Assembly (NCBI GenBank): GCA_951406725.2
Contig: OX597814.1
Span: 146,568,001-146,632,000, forward strand
From: Octopus vulgaris
Taxonomy: Eukaryota
Reading direction: 5' to 3'
DNA: 64,000 bases
The position numbers were made by a program, and so were the translations under genes. Below are positions 39,576-53,512 of this stretch, one piece after another. Position 1 is the first letter of the stretch. Each line of letters opens with the position of its first letter. The notes beneath the pieces are model-generated. The model saw nothing but the letters and a program-made list of their open reading frames with translations. It was not told where the DNA came from and made no database searches.

Positions 39576-42500
39576 GATACTGCTGTGACTACACATAAAA
39601 CAATATCATTGATGATGATGGTGGTGATGGTGATGGTGATGATGATAATGATGATGGTAATCAAAGCTAAAAAATGATAACATTATCGTAGCACCAAAAT
39701 GTTTTTGGAAACTAAAAGGAAAACTAAATCAGTATACCAAATCGCTTGTCTTATGGTTAATCTGGAAGCGCGTCCCCCAGGGAAGAGCCAGCCTGGGATC
39801 GAAAAGTCATCAACTGGCACAAACTCTTCTCCGAATACGGACATGGATGGTCACTTGAACGGGAAATCCCCCAACCCGAGCCCTCCAAGTTCACCACCAC
39901 AACCACCACAGAAAGAAAAATGTAAGCGGAACAAATGGACCCGAGAAGAGTATAAAGAAGTAATATACGCTTATTACTATGCATTAGGTAGGCAATCTCA
40001 AGAGAGACACACCGCAAACTCTTACAGTATATGGAGAACACGGAATCAAGACAGTAGGCCCTATTTGGACGAGAACAAATTAGCAAATGTGAGGAGGGAT
40101 ATCTTTAGAAATAACAGACTCACAGACAGTGAAATAAGCGCGATCAAGCACGCAACGGAAAATGACATAAATATAAGACACAAAGGAAATGAAGAATCAG
40201 ATGAACAGTATAGCCCGCCACGAGGCTTAATTGAAAGACTGCCATCTGACCAAAGTACGCAAAGGCCTGAAGATACAAGAAATTCTATTGTACCTGTTAA
40301 AGATAGCCAGGAAAACGAAAAAACAACAGTAACTGAAGATCTCGCATTTGCTGAAGAACACAGAGAGTCTATGGCAGAAATGAGGCAGAAAATCCTGAAT
40401 ACGCTTGAAGTTGTAAGACATACAAGTATGAATGATAGAGAACCGCTTCATAAACTCTCAAATACAAACCAAAATAAAAAACAAATCCAAATTGGCAACT
40501 ATGTAACAAATGAAATAATACGAGAATTAAAACCTGATTTTACTGAGTTAAATGAAATTATTTACGCTTCTGCTAGGGCAATTGAAACCAGCTGTATGCC
40601 CCCGAAAAAACAAAGAAAACAAAACCTGGGAAGAAATCAAACCTGGAGAAGTAAAATTGAAAAAGAGATTGAATTTATGAGAGGGGAAATTTCAATATTA
40701 AATGAACTAATATGTGGAAATGATGTAAGAGCAAGAACAGGAAGAAAGATGAAGAGAAAATTTGGATCCTCACCAAGAGAAGAACTGATATCAATAAAAG
40801 AAACGCTGAAACAAAAAGTCCAAGCAAAAGCCCAAAGAATACGAAGATTTGAGAAGAGAAACAAGTTTTACAAGCAAAATAAGCTGTTCACATCCAATGC
40901 TAAAAAATTCTACAGAGAAATAGGGAAGGAGAAAGTAACCGTTAAAGACCCCCCTCCCATGGAAGAAGTTCAAAACTTTTGGAAAAGGATTTGGAGTGAC
41001 AAGAAGACGTACAACATAAATGCAGACTGGATTATACAAACTGAAGGATCCTACCAAAATTTACAACAACAAGCATGGGAAGACATCACAATAGCAGACC
41101 TAAGAAAGGCACTCACGAAGGCCCATAATTGGAAATTCCCCGGTAAAGATAGGGTGCCGAATTTCTGGCTCGCATCGCTCCCGTGCGCACACGGTAAGCT
41201 AGTTCAGCTGCTCAATGGAATTATGAGAGACCCAAAGAAAACACCTGAATGGTTAGCAAGTGGCATTACTTACCTACTCCCAAAGAATAACGAAACCAAC
41301 CTTCCAAAAAACTATCGGCCTATAACCTGTCTATCCACCACGTATAAAATCCTAACATCTATCCTGGCGGAGAAAACATATGCATTCATGGAGAAGAACG
41401 ATATTTTCCCCATTGAACAAAAAGGGTGCCGCCGAGGCTCTTACGGATGCAAAGATCAACTGCTAATCAATCGTATGATCCTTGAGAACTGTCACAACAA
41501 GCGCAGAAATCTCAGCACCGCATGGATTGACTATAAAAAGGCCTTCGACAGTATACCGCATTCATGGACCTTGAGATCGCTGGACATCTTCAAAATTTCC
41601 CCTGTGATTTCAAACTTCCTGAAGCACAATATGTCGTTGTGGAATACGAATCTCCAATTATACCACTCTAATGGAGTACTTGCCTCAGAAAATATAAACA
41701 TCAACTGTGGAATTTTTCAAGGTGACTCACTTTCACCTTTAATATTCTGCATAGCCCTAATACCCGTTACAAGTGAATTAAACAGAACAGAGTATGGGTA
41801 TAAAATTGCCAATAAAAAAATAAGCCATCTATTTTATATGGATGACTTAAAACTTTATGGTAAAGACAATAATGAACTTGAAGGCCTATTGCGCACCGTG
41901 AAAGCATTCAGCGATGACATCGGGATGGAGTTTGGACTTGAGAAGTGTGCCAAGGCCACTTTCCAGAAAGGGAAAGTGAAGACCACAAATTCAGTCGTGT
42001 TAGATGTTGACACAGTCATAAGAGAGCTTGAGCAAGAACAAACATACAAATATTTAGGGATAAATGAAGGCTCTGGTATTCAGCATGCAAGTATGAAAGA
42101 GAAAATCAGGAAGGAATGTTATAGGAGAGTTCGTGCAATCCTGAAATCTGAACTAAATGCACGTAACAAGGTGTTAGCTATAAATTCCTTAGCAGTTCCA
42201 GTTGTTACTTACAGCTACAATGTGTTGAACTGGAATATGAGTGAAGTAAAGAATATAGATAGAAAAATACGCAAGCTGCTGAGTTGTAATAGGATGCACC
42301 ACCCAAAGGCAGACGTAGATCGCCTTCACCTTCCCAGAGCCCAAGGAGGTCGAGGCCTGATCCAATTTGAACTAGCTTACAAAACAACCGCAATTGGACT
42401 GGCCAAATATCTCGAAATATCGAATAACTGGATGCTAAAGCTCGTGGAAAATCACGAGAGACGAAAGAAGCTTCATTCTATCATCAAGGAAAGCAAAAAA

Positions 42501-43562
42501 TTTGCTATTGATCTCGTGCAGGATACCCAAACTGAACAACACGAGGGAAGTACGGCAACTATTGTTGCAAAGAAGGCGAAAATGATGGCAATGAAAAAAG
42601 CGCACGAGCAATTGGCTGATAGGTGGGAGGAGAAACCTCTGCACGGCAAATATGTGACCCGCAGCAAACAAGCTGATGTTGACCAGAAGCAAACTCATCA
42701 GTGGCTGCGGAGCTCAGGGCTAAAAGCAGAGAGCGAAGGTTTCATCCTGGCTGCTCAAGACCAAAGCCTATTAACTCGGAACTACCAGGACAATGTGATG
42801 AAAAATGGAGCAGACCCAAAATGCCGATTCTGCAACGACATGATTGAAACAGTGGACCACCTAATCTCTGGATGTAAAGTCTTAGCACCAGTGGAGTATA
42901 AATTAAGACATGACAGAGTTGGCCAATATCTCCACTGGCTAATAAGTCGGCATTACAATATCAAAACTGCCGACAAGTGGTATAATCACCACCCTGAGGC
43001 TGTAACTGAAGGAGAAAATGTAACCATTCTGTGGGACTTTCCAGTACATACAGACCGAACCATCAAGGCCAATAAACCAGATATTGTTGTGAAAGACCAA
43101 AACAATAAAGTTTGCTTATTGATCGACATGAGCATCCCCTGTGATCATAATATCTCAGCGAAAGAGTTTGACAAGCTCAGAAAATATAAAGACCTACTCA
43201 TTGAAATTGAGAAAATGTGGCATCTCAAGGCGGTTACAATACCAGTGATCGTAGGAGCACTAGGAATGATCAAGAAGGGAACCGAAAATTATATGAGAAT
43301 GATCCCTGGCTTACCATCCCTGCAAGAAGTGCAAAAGATTGTCTTAACTGGTACATCACACGTATTGAGAAGAGCATTGTCGATGTGAGAACTGTTGCTG
43401 CTCATGTATTTTAATTTAACTTTAAAAAAAATAAAAAAAAATGAACGAACTACTGAGTTTGGTTTAATGGCTTACCAATATACACTATGAGTTTCTTTGC
43501 CCTAGGAGTCGGGAAGACACTCGGCAAGAAATGGAAGAAAATTTGAAAGAAGAAAAAAAAAG
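39576..43562 (+). mobile_element. Putative full-length Dong/R4 retrotransposon
   Basis: The ORF is followed by an approximately 170-nt 3' UTR with a hairpin (43492-43531) that ends A-rich directly into (AAT)n. The 5' boundary is uncertain (39576-39750). Confidence 0.8.
39699..43388 (+). CDS. R4/Dong-clade non-LTR retrotransposon protein (N-terminal Myb-like region, RT, CCHC finger, restriction-like endonuclease)
   Basis: Uninterrupted 1229-aa ORF. RT motifs NYRPITCL, QKGCRRG, WIDYKKAFDS, GIFQGDSLSP, LFYMDD, YKYLG. Also CRFC..H..C, RHD, and KPDIVV..LIDMSIP..K..KY. The true start may be Met at 39753. Confidence 0.95.
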   Translation: MFLETKRKTKSVYQIACLMVNLEARPPGKSQPGIEKSSTGTNSSPNTDMDGHLNGKSPNPSPPSSPPQPPQKEKCKRNKWTREEYKEVIYAYYYALGRQSQERHTANSYSIWRTRNQDSRPYLDENKLANVRRDIFRNNRLTDSEISAIKHATENDINIRHKGNEESDEQYSPPRGLIERLPSDQSTQRPEDTRNSIVPVKDSQENEKTTVTEDLAFAEEHRESMAEMRQKILNTLEVVRHTSMNDREPLHKLSNTNQNKKQIQIGNYVTNEIIRELKPDFTELNEIIYASARAIETSCMPPKKQRKQNLGRNQTWRSKIEKEIEFMRGEISILNELICGNDVRARTGRKMKRKFGSSPREELISIKETLKQKVQAKAQRIRRFEKRNKFYKQNKLFTSNAKKFYREIGKEKVTVKDPPPMEEVQNFWKRIWSDKKTYNINADWIIQTEGSYQNLQQQAWEDITIADLRKALTKAHNWKFPGKDRVPNFWLASLPCAHGKLVQLLNGIMRDPKKTPEWLASGITYLLPKNNETNLPKNYRPITCLSTTYKILTSILAEKTYAFMEKNDIFPIEQKGCRRGSYGCKDQLLINRMILENCHNKRRNLSTAWIDYKKAFDSIPHSWTLRSLDIFKISPVISNFLKHNMSLWNTNLQLYHSNGVLASENININCGIFQGDSLSPLIFCIALIPVTSELNRTEYGYKIANKKISHLFYMDDLKLYGKDNNELEGLLRTVKAFSDDIGMEFGLEKCAKATFQKGKVKTTNSVVLDVDTVIRELEQEQTYKYLGINEGSGIQHASMKEKIRKECYRRVRAILKSELNARNKVLAINSLAVPVVTYSYNVLNWNMSEVKNIDRKIRKLLSCNRMHHPKADVDRLHLPRAQGGRGLIQFELAYKTTAIGLAKYLEISNNWMLKLVENHERRKKLHSIIKESKKFAIDLVQDTQTEQHEGSTATIVAKKAKMMAMKKAHEQLADRWEEKPLHGKYVTRSKQADVDQKQTHQWLRSSGLKAESEGFILAAQDQSLLTRNYQDNVMKNGADPKCRFCNDMIETVDHLISGCKVLAPVEYKLRHDRVGQYLHWLISRHYNIKTADKWYNHHPEAVTEGENVTILWDFPVHTDRTIKANKPDIVVKDQNNKVCLLIDMSIPCDHNISAKEFDKLRKYKDLLIEIEKMWHLKAVTIPVIVGALGMIKKGTENYMRMIPGLPSLQEVQKIVLTGTSHVLRRALSM

Positions 43563-43580
43563 TAATAATAATAATAATAA

Positions 43581-43978
43581 TCGTTTATATTTTATGCAAA
43601 AGTCATGAAATTTCGGGGAAAAGGAACAATCGATTACATCAACCACAGTGCTTCAATTATAATTTACTTTATCGACCCCGTACGGATGAACAGCGAATTT
43701 GATCTCGGCGGAATTTGAACTTAGTACGTAGCGGCAGTCGAAATACCTATTTCTTTACTTCCCACAAGGGGCTAAACACAGAGATGACAAACAAGGACAG
43801 ACAAACGGATTGTCGATTATATCGACCTCAGTGCATAACTGGTACTTAAGTAATCGACCACAAAAGGATGAAAGGCAAAGCCGACCTAGGCGGAATTTGA
43901 ACTCAGAACGTAACGGCAGGCGAAATACAGCTACTCATTTCGCCCGGCGTGCTAGCGAATCTGCCAGCTCACCGCCTT
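43581..43978 (-). mobile_element. Two tandem Nin-type SINEs
   Basis: Head AAGGCGGTGAGCTGGCAGA..GAGTTCAAATTCCGCC (box B) and core TTTGCCTTTCATCC..GGTCGAT. A second copy lies at 43581-43745 with an (ATT)n tail. Confidence 0.7.
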
Positions 43979-43985
43979 AATAATG

Positions 43986-44049
<64 letters not shown>

Positions 44050-44053
44050 TAAA

Positions 44054-44104
<51 letters not shown>

Positions 44105-44110
44105 TATAAT

Positions 44111-44187
<77 letters not shown>

Positions 44188-44191
44188 TAAA

Positions 44192-44226
<35 letters not shown>

Positions 44227-44362
44227 CAACAACAACAACAACAACAGCAATAGCAGCAGCAACAACAACAACAACAACAACAATAGCAGCAGCAGCAACA
44301 ACAACAACAACAATAACAACAGCAGCAGCAGCAGCAGCAGCAACAACAACAACAACAACAAC

Positions 44363-44431
<69 letters not shown>

Positions 44432-44443
44432 CAATAATAATAA
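43979..44443. repeat. (AAT)n-(AAC)n-(AGC)n compound microsatellite
   Basis: Seen directly. Confidence 0.95.
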
Positions 44444-45195
44444 CTCACGGAAGAAGAAATATATATTCGCCTCCGACCTTCGAATGAACGTAATGTTCCT
44501 ACCCTGTGTTATCATTTGAATCATATCTGTATTCCTCATTTCTTTCTTTTTTATATGTCGGTATTGGTAATTCTGCAAGCAGTAGATTAGGTTATTTATG
44601 TCAAGTGATACCATTTTTAGTACCAAAATATGTGTAAATGTATTTGAATGTTATGATAGCTTTTCTTATATACATGAGCATGTGTATAAGAGTGTATATT
44701 TGAGCGTGTTTCCATTGGTGTATGCGTGAAGATGATTGTAAGTTTATGAAGCAATATATTTCAATCTCAAATACGTTAAAGCATATAAATTAAAGTCGAC
44801 ATTTATTCTAGAAACGTGGATTTATTTGATTTTATTTTTTCGAAGTATTTCCCTAAGGATATTGCTGTTCGTAATTGGTAGGCCGATATTTGAATCTTCA
44901 ATTAGATATTCATTGAAAAGAGAGCAGTTTATTTTTCTTTCAATTTTAATGATAAATCCAAATAAGATAATGTAAAATAAAGTGAAAACGTAAAGTCATA
45001 TTGGAATGCACAAGATATTTATTACAGAGAAAAAAAAAATTAAATATAGCAAAATACAGAAAGCAGTGTGGAAAAGAAGCAAAATATATAAAGACATTTC
45101 TTTTTGTAAATATATAACAAACAAAGGAAATGTAACCCGATTAAATTTTTAAACAACATATATGTATACATGCATGTGCGTGTGTATATATAAAT

Positions 45196-45229
<34 letters not shown>

Positions 45230-45811
45230 ACATACATACATGCATATAAATGCATGTATAAGTATGTATGTGTATGTATACATATACATATAAATGTATG
45301 TATGTGTATGCATGTATGGGTATGTGTTTGTGTTCATTGGTGTGTGTGTGTCTGCGCATGCCACCACGCGTTTGTGTTTTACAATGTACATGTATAATTG
45401 TGTATTTCTCTCTCTCCTCTTCCTCCTCTCTCTCAGTATGTGTGCGTGCAAGGGTTTGTGTGTGTGCGTGCGCATGTGTGTGTGTGTGTGTGTGTGTGTG
45501 CATTCATGTGTTTATGAGTGCCTGCGTTGATAAACTGAGATCTGAATAGAATAATCGCAATGAATTAAGATTTCCTACACGAAGAAGAAAATATAAATAC
45601 ACTGTTGGCATTTATGAATGGAATTGAAGTTAACATTTCACAGCAATATAAAATTTAAAAAACATGTGTAATAAATATAAATAACTATTTAACTATGTAT
45701 TTCTCTATGAGTGTAGAGGTTGAAGAACATTAAATGAAGGGGCGAAATAGTCACGTCAAAATGAATGTCCAATTTGAACTATGAGAAGCAGGTGATAATA
45801 TGTCGTTTACG

Positions 45812-45886
<75 letters not shown>

Positions 45887-47217
45887 CACATAAATACTCT
45901 CCGTGTGTGTATCTATGTGTGCTTAACCTTTCAGCGTGCAATGAAATACGATACGATAAAAATCTACTGGCAATCGGCAATGAAGCAACAATAAACAAAC
46001 ATTCGTTCCGGATGAACTTTCCATCATCCAGTTGAATTATAAATATGTTACAGCTTTTATAAGAATTATATTTTCATTCATTGAATTATATATTCATGAA
46101 AATTGTTATACCATTTCACTATTTAAAATTTTTATACTGCTTCTCTCCATAAACTGATCAGGATTTCAAGCCATTCATGATTTATTTATTCTGTTCATAT
46201 CACTCTCGTTTTCAATGTAAGATAAAGAAAAAACCCAATGTAGACACATTGTATTTAATCTGCAATTATATCTATATGTTTTATGTCCTCTATATAATTA
46301 GCTTGTTTGCTGATACACAGGTCTATACAAGTTGCTGCACCGCGACAATATCATATTTTTCTGGTCTTCAGCAGTATACCCCCGTTAAGTTTCATACACA
46401 GAATATTATATCTATGTGTCTTTTATATTTTACTTGTATCATTGATTGGACTGCGGTACCACACAAGTAAGGATATCTAGTAAAAACGTTGATTAGATTA
46501 GCTTTAGATATGACCTACTATAATATATTCTGCATTTCTGTTTTTTTAAAAACAACAACGAAATTGAAATAATTTCCAGATTACAGAATATACTCCCAAT
46601 GGAATTAATTCAGCATAGATATCCATTTATTGTCCATTTACCATCTGGATATGGTAAGGGAGCTCTATTCAGGTATGAAATTTGTCTTTGCAACATTGTC
46701 TCCATCACGACATCGCACCTCTCGAAATAACTCACTTCGCACTGAATGTTACTTGTAGCATGATACATTAATCACTTGCATCTCGAGTCACGTCCGTCAT
46801 GCACAATCACATCCTTTACTGCATCTATTCGTCACTGCTATCTAAGTAGCCCGTTCACTTTCCTTTGCCTACTTTCAAACGTCTTTCATACTTTTTACAT
46901 AAGCCAGTCATTACTTAAATAGCTTTAAGAAAACCATATGTGATCATTTTATTCCTTACGTGAACCAATGCATATACCATTTCAGATTACTCTACTCACA
47001 TGTATATTTTAAAAGACTATTTTTTGACGTACTCTTCGCATATTATCAGTCTGATATGAAGTTAATTTTCCAGTAACTTGTTACTTTTAATAAAGAGTTG
47101 TTATATCTATACGTGTCATATCGTAACTAGGTATTGACTGCTTCAATAGTGATTTCATTTTTTTTTTTGCCACCAAACCTATACATTGTTCTCGCGACTG
47201 AATAAATTTGTTTGTAT

Positions 47218-47405
47218 TGGTTCCAAATTGTGGGTCAAAGCCAGCAATTTCACAAAGGGGTTCAATTGATTACATCGGCCCCAGTGCTCAACTGGCACTT
47301 ACTTTATTAACACCGAAAGGATGAAAGGCAAAGACGACCTTGGCGGGATTTGAACTAGGACTATAAAGACGGACGACATGCCGCTAAGTATTTTGCCTGG
47401 CCTGT
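47218..47405 (-). mobile_element. Nin-type SINE
   Basis: GATTACATCGGCCCCAGTGCTCAACTGG..CCGAAAGGATGAAAGGCAAAGACGACCTTGGCGGGATTTGAACT. Confidence 0.7.
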
Positions 47406-48928
47406 TAGGTATGCCCTCTATATATTGAACGTTGTGTATAACAAATTTGCTCTAGCAGCAGTAAAACTTCCTTGTACAGCATCGCTTGAAATTCGCATTA
47501 TATGATAAACGATATTTTCCGTTCAACGTTACATAAGATACATTATTTACGGCTATTGAAATGCTTGATTTCTTCTTTCTATTCGATTTCTATGCTTTAC
47601 TATTCTCTCCATAATCATACAAATCGAAAGAAGTATGTTGAACTGGAACTTAGATTATGTTCAGAAGATTTAGGGTTTTAAATTCAGCGAAAGTAGCGCA
47701 ACAAATATTAAAAATAAGTTATCAAAAAAGTTTCTTGTAATAATGTTGTGCGTTTCCATTCCAAGTGCAGCAATTTAAGCAACAATGACTCCGTGTTCTT
47801 TTCTTATCTTGCATCGTTTCTCTCTACTGGCTGATATTTCAATATGAAGTGCCTTGTAAGCATAAAAACTTATTTAGAAGCCTTGTGTATATATGCTGGA
47901 ACCGAAGATAAAACCAAAATTCATCCAGTAAATTTCCTGAAAATTAGGTGGTTTAGAATGTAGGCAAATGAAGGCGAGTCATGTTAGTTAATAAAACGCA
48001 GAATATCCAAGTGTATTATAAGATGACTGAAAGCACAACTAATATAAATAACGGAATTTTTATTTCAACCAAAACAAAAGCAATGTGCATAAAAATATTC
48101 TAAAATGTATGATGCTGTTTCTTATCCCTACAGCAAGGCTGTACAAATAGTAAGTCAACAATTGTTCAAGCTCTTCTTCACAAACCTATTGATGCTGCTC
48201 GAAAATTGCATCAACTAGTCACCAAGAATTATATAAGAAGGGATTCAAATGCATTCCCAAAACTGAAAGTAAACGAAACATATATAAGGAAAGAGTACAA
48301 AGAGAATCATTGTAATCAGACTTAGAACCGACCGTATAAATCTACAGATAAATAATCTGCTGCCTCTCACCCACTCTCTCCATACGAGCTTATGAGTATG
48401 CATGTACATGTGTGTGTGGTTGTATGTATATATATATATATATATATATATAGATAGGTATAGATATAGATATAGATATAGATATAGATATATATATATG
48501 TATATATATATACATTTATAGTACTTGTAGTACGTAGATATTTACACATATACTTATATGTGTATGTGTGTATGGTTATGTATGTAGAATACATGCACGT
48601 ACATAAGTGCATATGTATATATATACGCATCAATATATAGATATATATTCCACTGCTTTTCTCTCTAACAGGTGCGCTCTCCGCATATATATATATATAT
48701 ATATATTTGTATGGACACATCCACACTGACATCCACACACATCTATTTAAAGATGTAGTCTTTTTTTATTGGAATATTATTCCCATCAGCTTTTGTCCAT
48801 CACCACTGAAATAAGAAAACCAATTTCGTATAGTTACCTTATCTAAAAATTGACCTATATGCATCCAACTTTAAATTAACTTGTCAAGGTCAAAATGTAA
48901 AATGTTGCTGACCCTTCTACTGGAATTA

Positions 48929-48975
<47 letters not shown>

Positions 48976-49244
48976 TCTCCAGTTATTGATATATATTCAT
49001 GAATAAATTGAAAATACAAATGATAGAAAATATGCAACTCGTATTTTGTAGATTTTTCCTATCATTTTCACAGTAAATAGCTATTACACTAACTGTAAGG
49101 TACATGAAGGACAATAAAGTTACGTACCATACACACGCACATGCAAGTGAACGGTTACATATAGATGTCATTATGCCTTCTCTCTCTCTCCCTCACAATC
49201 CCTCTATCTACCTGCCTATCTATCGCTCTCCCTGTCTCCCCCCT

Positions 49245-49313
<69 letters not shown>

Positions 49314-50648
49314 GCTGGTAAGTTAGTAAAATGCCATGTTTAACTTCATATTCTACACGGAATGAAAGAAGTTGGCTCCAAGAATTACGTGCGTTCTTAA
49401 ATTTTCGGATAAACGCAGACACTAATAACAAACCATAAAGCTGACATTCTTCTTAAACATACTGCTATTTGCTTTTCATCACAAAGCAACTACCAAAACA
49501 CGATATGCAGATAAAAAGATTATGAAAAGACTTTCAATAGTTTCTCACACGCACAGATAATAATACCATTATAATTTATCGAAAACCATGCAAGATTCTA
49601 TTGACTTCTTTGATATAAAGTAGAAACAAGCATACGTCGAAAATCTTCATTGCAATATAACAAGAGCATTACCTTGTTATACGCTTAAGTACAGAAACAT
49701 TCAAAAACATTTACACTCATTCACATAGATATGCTTTTATATACGCATGGGATTTCATGTACATTAGTCTAAATGAATATATTCATGAATACTTATATAC
49801 AAAAGCACATAAATATACACATATGTATATCAATATATATGTGTGCACAAATGCGAGTAGAAATACACACTAACGTATGGATATAACTATATACACGCTG
49901 ACAATCGTACTCACAAGCACATTCGTATATAGACAAAAGCAAACGCCTGCACATGCACACTCACATACATACATAGTTCAAACACACACGCGCACAAACA
50001 CGCACTCTCACACACACACATATATACACTGAACGTATGACTAAGTATGTGTATATCCGAAAACGTATTTATATGTAGAGATATGAAGATCAAGGTTTGT
50101 CTTTTGTTTCGCAGAAATACGAATTGCTGTAATCCAAATCTAATATGTTCATATTTCATGTTAGAAGATTTTAGTTTGAAAATCATCAGAAGGAAAACTA
50201 AATCTAATCTAAATACTCATGATACATTTTAAAGCTAATATCATAATCGGGTTGAAGAACTTCTAATATTAAAGAGCGCACTGAAAAATGAAAATATATA
50301 CTGACTGAATTGTGTACGAAGCATAAAACATAAAATTGAAAAATAATTTACTTTGCCATATAGAAGTCTTGAACGAATAACTGAAACATCTCGCTTCAAA
50401 GATTTTGTCAGCAACAATTATATCACAACTGTTTTACTTCTTTCAGCGTAGCACACTTCCCTCTCGTTTAGAACGTTAGTTTCGACACGATATATTCAAT
50501 AAATATGAAGTTAAATTGTTGGTGCGTCTACTGAGCCACCACTTTCTCGCCATTCACTCCAAAGAAATAATCATGCAATGAATATATATATATATGTGTG
50601 CGTGTGTGTGTTTGTGTGTGCGTGTGCCTGTGTATGCCTGTGTGTATA

Positions 50649-50731
<83 letters not shown>

Positions 50732-50862
50732 TACATATGTATGTATATACATAATATGTATATATATGTGTGTGTAAATATGTATATATATATATTTATT
50801 TATTTATTTATACATATCAATATATGTAAATGTATACATACACACATACGCACACACACACA

Positions 50863-50939
<77 letters not shown>

Positions 50940-52441
50940 TTTGCAAAAATTTAGTTCTTCATTGGTCCTATCTGAAGTATGAAAAGGTAATTATCGATTT
51001 GTGCATGCATTTCATTACCTTCACTTGTAATGATATTCATTCAATATTTCGACTAAAATAATTATTCTGAAATTATAATTTTATGCATATGAACAAAACT
51101 ATTTGAATTTCATCCATTTTTCATCACGTAGTTTTGTAAATTTCAGTAATTATAATAAATTTAACTTGTTTAGTTATAAGTATTTGTAGTTAACTTTAGA
51201 GGTGAAAGATGAAATTAGTCACAAGATTTATAAGGGTTTTGATTTTAGAATCTACAAAATTATTACAACTATTTTTTTTCTGAGTCCTATGATATTATAA
51301 TCTGGAGCAAAGCGATTTTCATAAGACCGCCACCTAGAATTAAGGCTGCCATCCGACAGCCGTTACAAGATTTGAAATCCTACGGCAAAATGACAGATGA
51401 AATTGCGTAAGGCAAATGATCAGTTTTTCTTTCACCGTCCACCAATCCTCGAACGTGTTGAGTTGTTTTTTCATCAACCACCAAAAGGTAGAAAAACAAT
51501 CATTTACCTTATATGTTTTAGGAACATTAACTTCATTGTATTGTGTCCGGTAAATTGAAGGCTCCGACATTTCTCACCTATAGTAAGGAGATAAAAAAAT
51601 AATACATTTAATTTATTCATTGAATACAGATTCGCAACGTACGGGAAAATTGGTTTTTGTTTTGGTTGGTTGAGATTAATTTTACCGAGAAAATGTCTAT
51701 GAAGGTCTCACTCTCGAGCACAATAATACACGACGTGACAAAAGGCGGCACAAATCAGTTGTTAAATAGGAAGAAAATACAGAATAGTAATTTAGAGAGT
51801 AATTTAAGAAAGCTTTCAGACAGTAGCGCATGAATTTCCGCAACAAATGTATTCGTTTTATCTACTGCAGGTCCTTTTCACAATTGAAACTACTTATTGT
51901 TCAGTTGGATAAGCTATATTACAGATATTTCAGTTAGTAAAACAATAACTTAAACGCTTCGTGAACAAAAATAAATTAGCTTCAACATAAATAGTTTCAA
52001 TCTTTATACATTACAATTTACATTCGTGAAAACGTTACTTCCTGTGCACGAAAAAGTACACCTAAGCATATCATTTGCCACTTTGCTTATGCACTAAGAG
52101 TCTTCACAGATATACTTTATGGAAATGTTACCTCAATGTCGTGGGCAAAATTAAAATAAAGTAACTTCCCATTTTTATCTCTAGTCATCCACAAACAATA
52201 CACAAACCCTTACAAACTAACACTCCCCCCACTCACACATATGATTACTCTCACACACATAAGCACACACACTGTCATATTCAGAAATGGTAGGAATTTT
52301 ATATTGTTATTCGACTTAGAAATAGTAGCTAAATTTGTTTTTATAACAGCCAGAAAAAATATTACACAGATGAACATAGAATTGCGATTGTATTATGTGG
52401 AACTATATAAACGATTCTATATATTCTGCATTAAGTGTCTA

Positions 52442-52506
<65 letters not shown>

Positions 52507-52644
52507 ATGATAATTATATTAGGGATTATGTCCAACCTTACAGGGAAAATTAGATTTAGGATTAATCAAATTTCACAGTATTTATGTATTGGTTTATATC
52601 TATCACTGCTTGAGTTGCCTAATAGTGATTTTATTTCAAATCTA

Positions 52645-52714
<70 letters not shown>

Positions 52715-53460
52715 CTATCTACCACATATGCTAGACATTCTGTCTGTGGTTGTGTTTGTAGAGTTTTTAGCTAAGTATTTCTACATTATCCGCTAATGAA
52801 AAAATTTCGAATTACGTGAGGCTTATTTTAACGCTGCTTTACCAATATACAAGAAGTAGTCATACACCACACTGTCAATTCCCCTGCAATGAAAATATAC
52901 ATTGTACACCATCACAACGTTACACTATGAGAACTTGCACAGATCGAGAATACGGGCCAGAACAAATTGGTCACGGCAATGAACTAATAACAAAAACTCA
53001 TAAAAACACAATGATCCAACTGCTTATAACACAGTAAATTGTTCCAATCCTGAACAACACGTTAGCTGAAAGAAACCAAATAACAGATATAGGAATCATT
53101 TCGTGTTTGGTTCAATCCAATTTTCGGTTCGCATGTTTTAGCCAAGATCGCTGGAAAATGTTTTGCCGCTTTGGCCGCTTTATACAAATGTTTCGTGTGT
53201 ATAATTAAATGGGCAATGAGCAAAAAGTCGGCAAGAGTTTTGCATAAATCTTACGACCAAATTGTAAAGACAATGATTAAATAGGAAAGAGATGGTCAGC
53301 ATGTCAAGTTTTAATAGATATTTTATTCGTTTCGTACGTAAAATAAATGGGAACAGTCTTAACATTTAGTTGTTCTTTCGGCAGACAAGAAAGTATAGAA
53401 AAGACGTAAAAGTGATTTTAAATTTCAAAAGTGCTTGACTTGAAAGAACAAAAGTAAATA

Positions 53461-53512
53461 GGTGACGTGTTAGGGACAGAACTGAAGGTGACGTGTTAGG
53501 GACAGAACTGAA
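53461..53512. repeat. 26-bp perfect tandem duplication
   Basis: GGTGACGTGTTAGGGACAGAACTGAA x2. Confidence 0.9.

Noticed and set aside
39740-39810. HDV-like ribozyme at the Dong 5' end
   Set aside because: Only a simple CCCAGG/CCTGGG hairpin is visible; the nested double pseudoknot could not be built by eye.
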